NCBI GenBank assembly: GCA_964539655.1 | Contig: CAZIJH010000002.1 | Coordinates: forward strand, 8,741 to 72,740 | Direction: 5' to 3' | DNA length: 64,000 nt | From: an uncultured archaeon | GTDB taxonomy: Archaea > Aenigmatarchaeota > Aenigmatarchaeia > CG10238-14 > SCSR01 | In this document: positions 26,533-35,549 of the stretch, piece after piece | Layout of the letters: the number at the start of each line of letters is the position of its first letter | Position numbering within the stretch: the first letter of the stretch is position 1 | Notes under the pieces: generated by a model | Databases searched by the model: none | Seen by the model: only the letters and a program-made list of their open reading frames with translations | Told to the model about the DNA's origin: nothing | Translations under genes and position numbers: made by a program

Positions 26533-27210
26533 ATGGAAATTCTCGTCATCAGCTGCATTCACAACGACGTTGAGAACATGATGGTTCTTGTCGACAGGCT
26601 CGAAGGCAGAAAATTTGACGTCGTCGTGTGCCCGGGAGATTTTACAGATTACAAGCTTCCTCCGGGTTTCACGCAGCGCGATCTCGCAAAAATAGTGATC
26701 GAAGAGCTGAGGACGATTTCCAAAAATGTCATTGCTGTTCCAGGAAGCTGGGACAAAGAGATAATAGACCTACTCGACAAGGAAAAGGTCAGCGTGCACG
26801 GAAAAGGCAGGATAATTGACGGAGTCGGATTCTACGGATACGGTGGGGGAAGGACTCCGTTCAACACTCCGTTCGAGCCCAGCGACGAGGAAATAGCAAA
26901 AGGCCTGAAGAATGCGTACAAGGATGTCGAAAAATCGCAGACGAAGATACAGATAACACACATGCCGCCCGCGGGGACGAGAACAGATGTGATCTTCAGC
27001 GGAGCGCACGTCGGATCGGAGGCCATAAGGAAATTTATCGAGGAAAACTCCCCGGCCGCAGCGATCTGCTCGCACATACACGAGGCGAGAGGGATTGACA
27101 CGCTCAACAAAACTAAAATTATCAACAGCGGAAGGTTCCCCGAGGGTTATGTTGGCATAATTTCACTGAAGGAAGGAAACGTTTCAGCCGAAGTTGTAAA
27201 TTTGATATAG
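26533..27210 (+). CDS. Calcineurin-like metallophosphoesterase
   Basis: Motifs CIHND, DVVVCPGDFTD, GSWD and a C-terminal CSHIHEARG. Confidence 0.75.
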   Translation: MEILVISCIHNDVENMMVLVDRLEGRKFDVVVCPGDFTDYKLPPGFTQRDLAKIVIEELRTISKNVIAVPGSWDKEIIDLLDKEKVSVHGKGRIIDGVGFYGYGGGRTPFNTPFEPSDEEIAKGLKNAYKDVEKSQTKIQITHMPPAGTRTDVIFSGAHVGSEAIRKFIEENSPAAAICSHIHEARGIDTLNKTKIINSGRFPEGYVGIISLKEGNVSAEVVNLI

Positions 27211-27351
27211 ATTATGCAGTATACAAAATCCTTTTTATATCTAGAATCCCAATTTCTTGTTTACCCACAGCGGATTAACAAAAACCTTTGGAAAAAATTC
27301 AGCAATTTCACACAATCACAACATCAGCAGTCACAAAGGAAAAGACCCATA

Positions 27352-27771
27352 ATGAGTTTAGAGGAATCGCTGGTTGTAAAGGAATCTGTCATTGATTTTT
27401 CTGTCGATTCTATAGTACAGGAAAGGACCGAAGAGAGGGTCGACAACATAATTATTCTTGCCGAAAGGTTGGATTTTTTTGACATCCAGCTGCTGAGAAA
27501 GTTTTACATTACCGGGAAGGACTTTCCATATGACACGCAGCCGTACTGCTTCCCGATACTATTCCTTGAAATGAAAGTGAACAACAAAATTTCAATCGGC
27601 CAGGAAGCCTTGAGAAAAAGATTGGACAACCTGACGAAACTCGGACTGATCGAGAAAATCGGAAGATCGAATCCGGCAAACTATTCTCCGGTCAAGGGAT
27701 CCGAGCAGGTAGTGCGCGCACTGATCACAAGGTTCTTCGTAATTAATGGCCTGAACAAGTTTCTTGCCTAA
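27352..27771 (+). CDS. Hypothetical protein, probable winged-helix DNA-binding
   Basis: C-terminal LRKRLDNLTKLGLIEKIGRSNPANYSPVKG resembles a wHTH. The ORF-track N-terminal extension was discounted. Confidence 0.4.
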   Translation: MSLEESLVVKESVIDFSVDSIVQERTEERVDNIIILAERLDFFDIQLLRKFYITGKDFPYDTQPYCFPILFLEMKVNNKISIGQEALRKRLDNLTKLGLIEKIGRSNPANYSPVKGSEQVVRALITRFFVINGLNKFLA

Positions 27772-27941
27772 GAAAAATATTTTCTGAAATGTTTCCTAAA
27801 ATAGTTATGATGTTTCCAATTGTATTTTGAAACGTTTACAACCAATATTTGTGAATATTCCAACCATATTGTCTGAGGATTCAAACTGATTGCTGCGGAG
27901 ATTCCAACAAAATTTTCTGACAAATCACAAAACTGTGCGAA

Positions 27942-28099
27942 TAGGCAGGTGGCGACGAAATTTTTCAAATCAAATCAAAAATCGATCAAAAATATTTATT
28001 ATTATATTATTATAAAATAACATAGTTATTATATTATTATATTATTTTTCTGAAAACAATATATTTTATTATAAGTCAGGCGGCGTCGCCGGCTGCCTA
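27942..28099. repeat. 158-bp element: 16-bp imperfect inverted repeats (TAGGCAGGTGGCGACG ... CGTCGCCGGCTGCCTA) around an AT-rich core, flanked by 5-bp direct repeat GCGAA
   Basis: Seen directly. Left arm is 27942-27957. The right arm reverse complement matches 14 of 16 positions. GCGAA lies at 27937-27941 and at 28101-28105. The core 27958-28083 is mostly TTATTATATTATTATA-type repeats. Confidence 0.5.
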
Positions 28100-28129
28100 A
28101 GCGAAAATTTTTTTGAAATCACATAATTA

Positions 28130-28444
28130 ATGACAGATTTGGAATCCGGTAAGTTATTTATATTATTGAAACTAATCATAGAAAATATGAAACGAGGCAG
28201 GCCGAACATAAGGCAGGTCATACAGTCGAGTTTGGTTGACATTCTGACGACATCACAGACGCCGCTCACAGTTTCGACGCTCACAAGGTTCGTTTCCCAG
28301 CAGTCGAACAGGACGATAAGCTGGAACACGGTGCAAAAATACCTGAACGAGCTCATCGTAGCAGACAGAATCCAGGTAATAACTTTGCCTCACTCAAAAT
28401 TCGAGAACAAAGACGGACTAACGGTTTATACTTTAAAGAAGTAA
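28130..28444 (+). CDS. Hypothetical small protein, possible wHTH regulator
   Basis: 104 aa immediately upstream of the DP1-like/PolB pair. Confidence 0.4.
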   Translation: MTDLESGKLFILLKLIIENMKRGRPNIRQVIQSSLVDILTTSQTPLTVSTLTRFVSQQSNRTISWNTVQKYLNELIVADRIQVITLPHSKFENKDGLTVYTLKK

Positions 28445-28460
28445 TTCTGAATGAAAATCC

Positions 28461-29612
28461 ATGGAAAAAGAAGAGATTGTCAGGAAGTTCCTCGAAGCCG
28501 GACTCCAGATAGACCTGAAGACATTGGAATATTTTCTTAATCATCAGAACAAGATAAGCTCATTTTTCTCCCTGATTGCAGAAAAAAGTCCAGGATCGCC
28601 GATAATAACTATCAATGTTGTCGAAAAGATGTTCTCGTCCAGCGACGAGCAGATCAGGGTCCTTAAGGAATTTTCTCCTTTCAAAAAAGAAATAACAATC
28701 GAGCAGCAGGTCGAGCTGCTAAACCAAAAATACAATGGCGTATCCGAAATTCTGCTGAAAAAAATTGATCTGATGGGCGTGATTTCCATAAACAAGATAG
28801 ACAAAAATCTCAGAAAATTCTCAATAATCGGAATGGTGAGGGAGAAGGATGACGAGGAAAAAACGGCTCTGGTCGAAGACAAGACTGGAAAATTGTCGGT
28901 CTCGTTCCAAAAGCAGGAAGAATTTGCGCTTTTGGAGGATGATGACGTAATCGGACTTGTTATAGACAATTTTAACGATAAGCTGTCGTGCACAAAAATA
29001 GTGTGGCCAGACATACCGCTCAGGAGAGAATCCACACGCACGTCTAAAAAATTAAACCTTTCGTTCGTAGCGACTGCAGACATCCTTGAAAAAATGGGCG
29101 GGTGGCTTAAGTCGAACAGCAAGGAAGAAAACATAATTTTTATCGCTTCAAAGACGGACGGAATCGAAAAATTCTCGGGTGAGAATCCGAACACCACAAT
29201 AATCACGTACAACGAAAACATTCCACTAACCCCGATGGGCAACAGTAGAATAATCGGAATAAATCACAATTCGGTAGTCGGAATCGGCCCGGTAAATGTC
29301 ATGGTCTTGGAAAGAAAACTTTTCGAGGAGTATCTTGCTCCAGGAAAAGATGTTGATGCCAAGGACGTGATAATAAAATTTTTGAAGAAAAGATTTCTTG
29401 CCGGAAAAATAAATTACATAGAAAGAAAATTCGTCTCGGATTTTTTCCTCAACCAAATACCGGACATGATTTTTGTAATGGGCTCTGAAAATTTTAGCGA
29501 GTCGAATTATAAAAACGCCACGATAGTCAGCATGCCAGACTCGAACAACAGCAAATTTTTCTATTTTGTAAAGCTTGACAGCCGGGAAAGTATTAAAGTT
29601 GATCTAACGTAG
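28461..29612 (+). CDS. DP1-like protein (PolD small subunit / eukaryotic B-subunit-like) with degenerate phosphoesterase motifs
   Basis: N-terminal helical region. An OB-fold-like segment FSIIGMVREKDDEEKTALVEDKTGKLSVSFQK...DDDVIGLVID. Then a calcineurin-like domain with degenerate motifs: SFVATADIL (DxH becomes DxL), IIFIASKTDG (GDxxDG-like), IIGINHNSVVG (GNHD becomes INHN) and FVMGSENF (GHxH becomes GSxN). Confidence 0.5.
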   Translation: MEKEEIVRKFLEAGLQIDLKTLEYFLNHQNKISSFFSLIAEKSPGSPIITINVVEKMFSSSDEQIRVLKEFSPFKKEITIEQQVELLNQKYNGVSEILLKKIDLMGVISINKIDKNLRKFSIIGMVREKDDEEKTALVEDKTGKLSVSFQKQEEFALLEDDDVIGLVIDNFNDKLSCTKIVWPDIPLRRESTRTSKKLNLSFVATADILEKMGGWLKSNSKEENIIFIASKTDGIEKFSGENPNTTIITYNENIPLTPMGNSRIIGINHNSVVGIGPVNVMVLERKLFEEYLAPGKDVDAKDVIIKFLKKRFLAGKINYIERKFVSDFFLNQIPDMIFVMGSENFSESNYKNATIVSMPDSNNSKFFYFVKLDSRESIKVDLT

Positions 29613-29621
29613 GGATTGAAT

Positions 29622-32366
29622 ATGGAGACAATTTTCCAACTGATTGACGTCGATTATGTTCAGGTTGACAGCAAAACAATCATAAGAATTTTCGGAAACA
29701 CACCCGACGGGAAGACAGTCTGCATCTTTGTCGACAATTTTAAGCCTTATTTTTACATATGTCCGAAAGAAAACATGCGCGACACTACTCTGGATTTCCT
29801 GCAGAATAAATTCGGCTCGAGCATAGTGAAAATTGAAACAGTTGAAAAATTCCTACCGTTCGGATACCACAAAGACAAAGCAAAAATTCTGAAGATCACT
29901 GCAAAGGACCCGTCTCAAGTTCCGATAATGAGAGACGAGTTGCTCAAGCAGAATTTCGTGAAAGGAATCTACGAGGCCGACATACTTTTCAAGTACAGGT
30001 TCATGGCGGACTACGGTCTTTCTGGAATGAAGTGGTATAAAGTTGAAGGAGTCCCTGCACCAACAAACACAGTCAAAGCGGACATCAGAATCAAGGCGGA
30101 GAAATTCGAGAATGTTGAAGAAAGGAAATTCGAACTGAGGCAGATGAGCTTCGACATTGAGATTGCCGGCAAGGGAGGCATGCCTAATCCCGAAGAGGAG
30201 CCCGTGATAATGATCAGCATCGCATTCCATCCAGGCTTTGGGGATTATAATACACTTGTCCTGGTTTCGAAACCGGTGAAGAACCATCCAAACGGAGACG
30301 TGCTCGCATTTCCGGACGAGAAGAGAATGCTTGAAAAATTCCTGTCAATTATAGACACGTACGATCCAGACGTCATTACCGGATACAACATAAACAATTT
30401 CGACATACCGTACATCTTCGAAAGGCTGAAGCAGAACAAGCTCGACAAGACTCTCGGAAGATGCAAGCAGAAGCAGATGATCTGCAAAAAACTTGGGACT
30501 GATTATAGAAATGTTGTCGTTGGAAGATTCATCGTGGACGTCTACAAGCTGATAAAAGAAATGCAGGTGAAGACGCAGCTTGCGGAGAAAGGATTCCCAA
30601 AATTAAAAAGATACGGACTCGACGACGTGGCGAAAGAAATTTTGAACGAACGAAAGCATGACGTCTCACACAGCGAAATTCCTAAAATGTGGAACGGGAC
30701 CGACGAAGAAATCAGGAAACTTATTGATTATGCGAGGCAGGACGCGGTGCTTGCGATGAAACTCCTTGTCATGAAGAACATGATAGAAAAATTCATAGAG
30801 CTAACAAAAGTTTCCGGGCTTCTCCTGCAAGACGTGCTGGACGGCGGGGAATCCAACAGGGTCGAGAACATGCTGCTGAGAGAATTCAACAAGGAAGATT
30901 TCGTCATGCCGCTGAAACCTTCTTCACAAGAAATTTTGAGGAGAATGGAGGAACGAGAATCGATGGGATTCAAAGGAGCGCTTGTCCTCGATCCGATTAC
31001 AGGACTCCATACGACACCAACTGTTTATCTTGATTTCAAATCGATGTACCCTTCGATATTCATAGGATACAACATCTGCCCGTCGACAATCGACATTGAA
31101 AAAAAAGAAACGGACGTAATCAAAGTTCCGACTGGTGTCCAATTCGTTTCGAAGAATGTTAAAGCCGGAATAATGCCGAGAGTGCTGCAATTTCTGATCA
31201 ACGAAAGAGACAGGATAAGAGCGCAGGCAAAGCAAACAACCGACGAGAATCTCAAGAAAATTCTTGAATCGAAACAGGTAGCAGTGAAGTACATGACGAA
31301 CGCGTTTTTCGGATACACCGGATACAACAGGGCGAGGTTATACATGCTCGACATCGCGAACGCGATAACCGGAACAGGAAGGCATCTCATCCAAGAAACA
31401 AGGGAAATAATTGAGTCGGACAAGAATCTCACGGTAGTTTACGGTGACACAGATTCGATAATGGTGAAGACGAATGAAAAGACCGTGGAGGATTCTTTCA
31501 AGGTCGGGGAAGTTTTGGAAAACAAAATTAACGAGCGGTTCAGAGGAATAATCCAAATGAAAATCGAAAGCGTTTTCACCTCCCTTCTGATACTCAGCAA
31601 GAAAAGATACGCCGGCATGAGCGTCGAAAAGGTCGCTGACGGGTTCAAGGAAAAAAACGTGATGAAGGGAATAGAAACGGTTAGAAGAGACTGGTGCGAT
31701 CTTACAGGAGAAACGTTGTCAAACGTGCTTGGAATAATTTTGAAAGACAAGGAACCTAAGAAAGCGCTAATATACATGAGGGAAATTATTGGAAAACTTG
31801 AGAAAAATGAAATTCCGGTCGAGAAACTCGTCGTCACGAAATCGGTTTCAAAATCACTGAAGGAGTACAAGGGATTGCAGCCGCACATAGAACTCGTAAA
31901 GAAAATGAGGAAGAGAGATATCTCGACGGCACCGGGAATAGGGGACAGAGTAGGATTCGTAATTGTGCAAGGCCTGCAGCTTATGTCGAACAGGGCCGAG
32001 GACCCGGACTACATCAAGAAAAATAATCTCAAGGTGGATTCGAAATATTATGTAGAGAGCCAGATACTTCCGCCACTGGAAAGAGTTTTCGAGTCCATTG
32101 GAATTTCGAAAAACGAGATCATGGGATTCGGAAAGCAGACGTCGCTCACCGACATGATGAAGAACAATTGGAACAACGGGGCAAAAAAAATTCAAGAGAA
32201 CGGTAACAATAACAGCATTACGATTCTGAATTCCGCAGAAGGTGTGATATGCAACAAGTGCAACCTTTCTTTCAGGAGGCCGCCATTGGTCGGCAAATGC
32301 GAAGCATGTAAGGGAGATTTATATTTCTATTCGGGAGAAATAAAATCTAAGAATATTGTGATTTAA
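29622..32366 (+). CDS. polB: Family B DNA polymerase (PolB) with C-terminal CxxC-x13-CxxC zinc ribbon
   Basis: Exonuclease motifs I FDIE, II YNINNFDIPY and III YARQD. Polymerase motif A DFKSMYPSI, motif B KYMTNAFFGYTGY and motif C YGDTDS. The C-terminus is ICNKCNLSFRRPPLVGKCEACKGDLYF. ATG is at 29622, 4 nt after the DP1-like stop. Confidence 0.9.
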   Translation: METIFQLIDVDYVQVDSKTIIRIFGNTPDGKTVCIFVDNFKPYFYICPKENMRDTTLDFLQNKFGSSIVKIETVEKFLPFGYHKDKAKILKITAKDPSQVPIMRDELLKQNFVKGIYEADILFKYRFMADYGLSGMKWYKVEGVPAPTNTVKADIRIKAEKFENVEERKFELRQMSFDIEIAGKGGMPNPEEEPVIMISIAFHPGFGDYNTLVLVSKPVKNHPNGDVLAFPDEKRMLEKFLSIIDTYDPDVITGYNINNFDIPYIFERLKQNKLDKTLGRCKQKQMICKKLGTDYRNVVVGRFIVDVYKLIKEMQVKTQLAEKGFPKLKRYGLDDVAKEILNERKHDVSHSEIPKMWNGTDEEIRKLIDYARQDAVLAMKLLVMKNMIEKFIELTKVSGLLLQDVLDGGESNRVENMLLREFNKEDFVMPLKPSSQEILRRMEERESMGFKGALVLDPITGLHTTPTVYLDFKSMYPSIFIGYNICPSTIDIEKKETDVIKVPTGVQFVSKNVKAGIMPRVLQFLINERDRIRAQAKQTTDENLKKILESKQVAVKYMTNAFFGYTGYNRARLYMLDIANAITGTGRHLIQETREIIESDKNLTVVYGDTDSIMVKTNEKTVEDSFKVGEVLENKINERFRGIIQMKIESVFTSLLILSKKRYAGMSVEKVADGFKEKNVMKGIETVRRDWCDLTGETLSNVLGIILKDKEPKKALIYMREIIGKLEKNEIPVEKLVVTKSVSKSLKEYKGLQPHIELVKKMRKRDISTAPGIGDRVGFVIVQGLQLMSNRAEDPDYIKKNNLKVDSKYYVESQILPPLERVFESIGISKNEIMGFGKQTSLTDMMKNNWNNGAKKIQENGNNNSITILNSAEGVICNKCNLSFRRPPLVGKCEACKGDLYFYSGEIKSKNIVI

Positions 32367-32917
32367 TGTTTGAAGAGTTGGACCTGCAGATTTTGAAGTT
32401 CATCAACCACCCAATCGATCCAATAGTAAATTATTTTTTCATATTTCTCGCTTATTCCATCTATCCGTTCCTTTTCTACCTCGCATACTATTTTTACAAG
32501 CACAAGCAGAGCGGAATACTTTCGCATCTGGTCGTCACCGCGATAATCGGATTCCTGATAGTTTCCGCGATAAAATACATTGTCGACCGCCCGAGGCCGT
32601 ATCTTGACAACTCGGAAATACAGAATATAATTTTCCTGTCAGACCCGTCTTTCCCATCGAGGCACACTTTCACAGCGCTGCTTCTCAGCATGTTTGTTCC
32701 AAGGGGATTATCAAGAAAATGGAAATCATCAATGTTCATTTATCTTGCGATGATTCCGATAACGATGATGTACATAGGCGTGCATTATCCGAGCGACATA
32801 CTAGGCGGCGTCATAATCGGACTGCTTGTCCCGAGAATAATCACTGAAAAACTTTCAACCAACCTATCAGAAAGAATTTTGTCGTTTGATATCAAGAAAC
32901 TTGTTCCAGCTTCCTAA
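32366..32917 (+). CDS. PAP2-family membrane phosphatase (possible polyprenyl-/dolichyl-diphosphate phosphatase)
   Basis: KYIVDRPRP, PSRHT and HYPSDI form the PAP2 catalytic triad of motifs. TAATG gives a stop/start overlap with polB. Confidence 0.8.
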   Translation: MFEELDLQILKFINHPIDPIVNYFFIFLAYSIYPFLFYLAYYFYKHKQSGILSHLVVTAIIGFLIVSAIKYIVDRPRPYLDNSEIQNIIFLSDPSFPSRHTFTALLLSMFVPRGLSRKWKSSMFIYLAMIPITMMYIGVHYPSDILGGVIIGLLVPRIITEKLSTNLSERILSFDIKKLVPAS

Positions 32918-34655
32918 CCTTTTCTAGAATCACAACATAAGCTGGACGGGTAATCAGAATTCCGATGAATACTCCGACTATGGTTGTGATTGCAAATCCT
33001 TTCAGTGTTCCAATTCCCAGGACCATCAGAGGTATCATTGCAAACGCCACCATCGCAGCCGAGCTCCATATCAGATTCATCGCAATCTTGTGACGCTCGC
33101 GCAAACTTTTGTCCTTTTCAAGCAGAAGCTGGTCGGTCATTATTATCATCTGGTTAACCCCTGTTCCGAGAATCGCGATCAATCCCGCTATCGCAGCGAT
33201 GTCGAGAGTCCATCTCGAAATTACCACGGGTATGGTCGCTATTATCATCACCAAGACAGTTACCCATCCCAGCATCCCGAAAACTTCTTTTTTCATCATA
33301 GCAATTACAAGCGCGACAACTATAATTAACGCGGCGAAAAACTGCGAGGCAGCAACTCCCAAAATTAAAATTATTTCACAGAAGCTGATCGCTATCATCG
33401 GCAAAGAAATTTTGAAGTCCCTGTACCTTATGAAAATTATCGCGCTGACAGCTATCGCGGCTGCAATCGCAACGTAAATTGTGGAATTTATCAAGTCCTT
33501 TCCAGCATTCTGCGTTATCGTGTCGACTTTGACTATCTCCAGTTCGACTGGCAAGCTTCCGGACCTCAATGTGGATTCCAGCCTTGTTTTTTCCTTCACA
33601 GCTCCGCTTCTGGTTTCCTCGAATCCCTGTATTGACGCGCTTGTAAGAGCCTGGCCCGCAAGATTAGAAACGATGTTCAATTCGCTCACAGGCTTTGCGT
33701 CGAGAAGCAGCAGAAGTTTCGGCTCTATGTATCTTTGAGTCCCCTCCAATTTTATCGGCTGGTTCTTCGTGGCCTTCGCAAACCTGTCCGCGCCGGCTTT
33801 GCTGGTCTGTATGGTGAAATAAAATTCGTAACCGCCTTCGACTTCACTTATCCTGCTATTCTGCGCATCGGTAAACACAGCAGTAATGTCCTCCCCTGTA
33901 AAAATGTTGATCAGCAGATTCGCGTAATTGCTGCCTATGTCGCCCACATCTACTTTCATCGATGCTATTACGAAACTCTCATTTTCAGAATACCTGCTCC
34001 CGTTTATTTCAATCTCGTTGTCGACGACGGAGATCGGATGACTATTGCCCGCTACGATGAATTTTCCCGAACCGTTCACAAATTGTACAGACTCGTTAAG
34101 CTTCCCTTCAAACTTTCCCTGCTTTGCCAAAAAATTCCTGACTTCGTCGCCAGTAGCCCCGGCCATCTCGATCTGAATAAGATTCTCGCCGACGGTAGAC
34201 ACATGAATCTCGCTGAGCCCGTAGAAGTTTATCCTGTTGTTTAAAGTGTTGATAGTTTCGTCAACTACTGTCGAGGTTACGGATGTTTTTGGTTTCAACA
34301 GTACGCGCGTCCCACCTTCGATATCTATTCCGAATTTCAGCGCGCTGCTTTCCAGTTTCCTTACAGTAATTCCGATGTCACCATCATTAACTGCCACGCA
34401 ACTTATCGGCACCCCGCCGACCACCATAGGAACCGAAGTGTTTTTTACAAATCCGTGCAACGCATTTTTGAATTCGTCTTCGGTGTTGATAACCTGTCCC
34501 TGTATTTGTGTCACCACGTCTCCTTCTTTCAAATTTGTACATTGGCTCGTCTCGCCGACGAAACTCACTGTTACTCCGTTGCTCTTGAAAATGTAAGGAG
34601 AGACGATCAGAAATATCGAGACAACTGTAAGTATTGTCAAAATTGCAAACCTCAT
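32892..34655 (-). CDS. secD: Protein-export membrane protein SecD
   Basis: LKFGIDIEGGTRVLL and a large periplasmic-type domain plus six TM helices. Start was taken at MRFAILTIL (ATG 34653-34655) to abut the SecF stop. Confidence 0.8.
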   Translation of the reverse strand: MRFAILTILTVVSIFLIVSPYIFKSNGVTVSFVGETSQCTNLKEGDVVTQIQGQVINTEDEFKNALHGFVKNTSVPMVVGGVPISCVAVNDGDIGITVRKLESSALKFGIDIEGGTRVLLKPKTSVTSTVVDETINTLNNRINFYGLSEIHVSTVGENLIQIEMAGATGDEVRNFLAKQGKFEGKLNESVQFVNGSGKFIVAGNSHPISVVDNEIEINGSRYSENESFVIASMKVDVGDIGSNYANLLINIFTGEDITAVFTDAQNSRISEVEGGYEFYFTIQTSKAGADRFAKATKNQPIKLEGTQRYIEPKLLLLLDAKPVSELNIVSNLAGQALTSASIQGFEETRSGAVKEKTRLESTLRSGSLPVELEIVKVDTITQNAGKDLINSTIYVAIAAAIAVSAIIFIRYRDFKISLPMIAISFCEIILILGVAASQFFAALIIVVALVIAMMKKEVFGMLGWVTVLVMIIATIPVVISRWTLDIAAIAGLIAILGTGVNQMIIMTDQLLLEKDKSLRERHKIAMNLIWSSAAMVAFAMIPLMVLGIGTLKGFAITTIVGVFIGILITRPAYVVILEKVRKLEQVS

Positions 34656-34660
34656 GTCCT

Positions 34661-35518
34661 TTACGATGCTGATTTCAATCTCCTCCCAAGCCAGATTTCC
34701 AAAATGCCCGCGTTGAAAATCCACGTGTACAAAAGATCGGACAAAAATCCTATTACAAGAATGTCCGCTATGTTGACGAGAAGTTTCGACGAAGACATCA
34801 TTATCACTATGAACATCGTGATCGTTATTGTCGCGATCAGCGTGATTCCCGTCGTGAACGCTTTCTTGTACCTGCTCTTGAATTCTTCCATCGTAGTGCC
34901 GTGTGCAGTTACCTTGCTCGTCAGGACTATGTTTGTGTCAACAGTGTAAGCTATGAGCATGAGAAGACCAGCGAACCCCGCGAGACTTATCCTTATGCCG
35001 ATAAGGCTTGTTATCGCGAGCGTAGTAACGATGTTGGCAAGTATTGCAAAAACTATTCCGAAGCTCGAGACCAGGTTCCTGTAGATAATGAAAATTATTA
35101 TGCTCATCAGGACAAACGCTATGACCAGGATGTAAGTCATCTGCTGAAGAAACATGTTCCCGAGAGACGGCCCGATTGTCTCGATCGAGAATCCGGTCAC
35201 ATTTATCCCGGAAGCCTTGACATAATTGATCAGCTCATTCGAATCGGTTTCCGCGGAAACTTCTATGCCGGCTCCGTATCCAGTCGAAGTCCTGAGCCCA
35301 GAAATGTACACCGATCCGTATTTTTCAGCCAACAATTTTTCCAAATTTACAACATCAATCTGCTTGTCGGACTCTATCGTTACGAGAGTTCCTCCCTTCA
35401 GGTCGACATCCCGTGCTACAAAATCTCCGGTGCTAATGTAGTTCCAGACGAGAACCGACGACGAAAAAAGAAACAGCGCAATCGGAATGAAAATTAAATT
35501 CTTGGTTTTTATTTCCAT
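34661..35518 (-). CDS. secF: Protein-export membrane protein SecF
   Basis: DVDLKGGTLV and a six-TM C-terminal region. It lies upstream of secD. Confidence 0.8.
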   Translation of the reverse strand: MEIKTKNLIFIPIALFLFSSSVLVWNYISTGDFVARDVDLKGGTLVTIESDKQIDVVNLEKLLAEKYGSVYISGLRTSTGYGAGIEVSAETDSNELINYVKASGINVTGFSIETIGPSLGNMFLQQMTYILVIAFVLMSIIIFIIYRNLVSSFGIVFAILANIVTTLAITSLIGIRISLAGFAGLLMLIAYTVDTNIVLTSKVTAHGTTMEEFKSRYKKAFTTGITLIATITITMFIVIMMSSSKLLVNIADILVIGFLSDLLYTWIFNAGILEIWLGRRLKSAS

Positions 35519-35549
35519 AAATTATCTATGGGAGATAAACTCATATACA

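Noticed and set aside
27214-27351. N-terminal 46-aa extension of the 185-aa ORF (MQYTKSFLYLESQF...)
   Set aside because: It translates an AT-rich intergenic region. The start was moved to ATG 27352.
33090-34949. Plus-strand ORFs antisense to secD/secF (33109-33477, 33735-34244, 34237-34596, 34455-34949)
   Set aside because: They are mirror frames of membrane-protein genes, where hydrophobic and Ile/Ala-rich artefacts are common.
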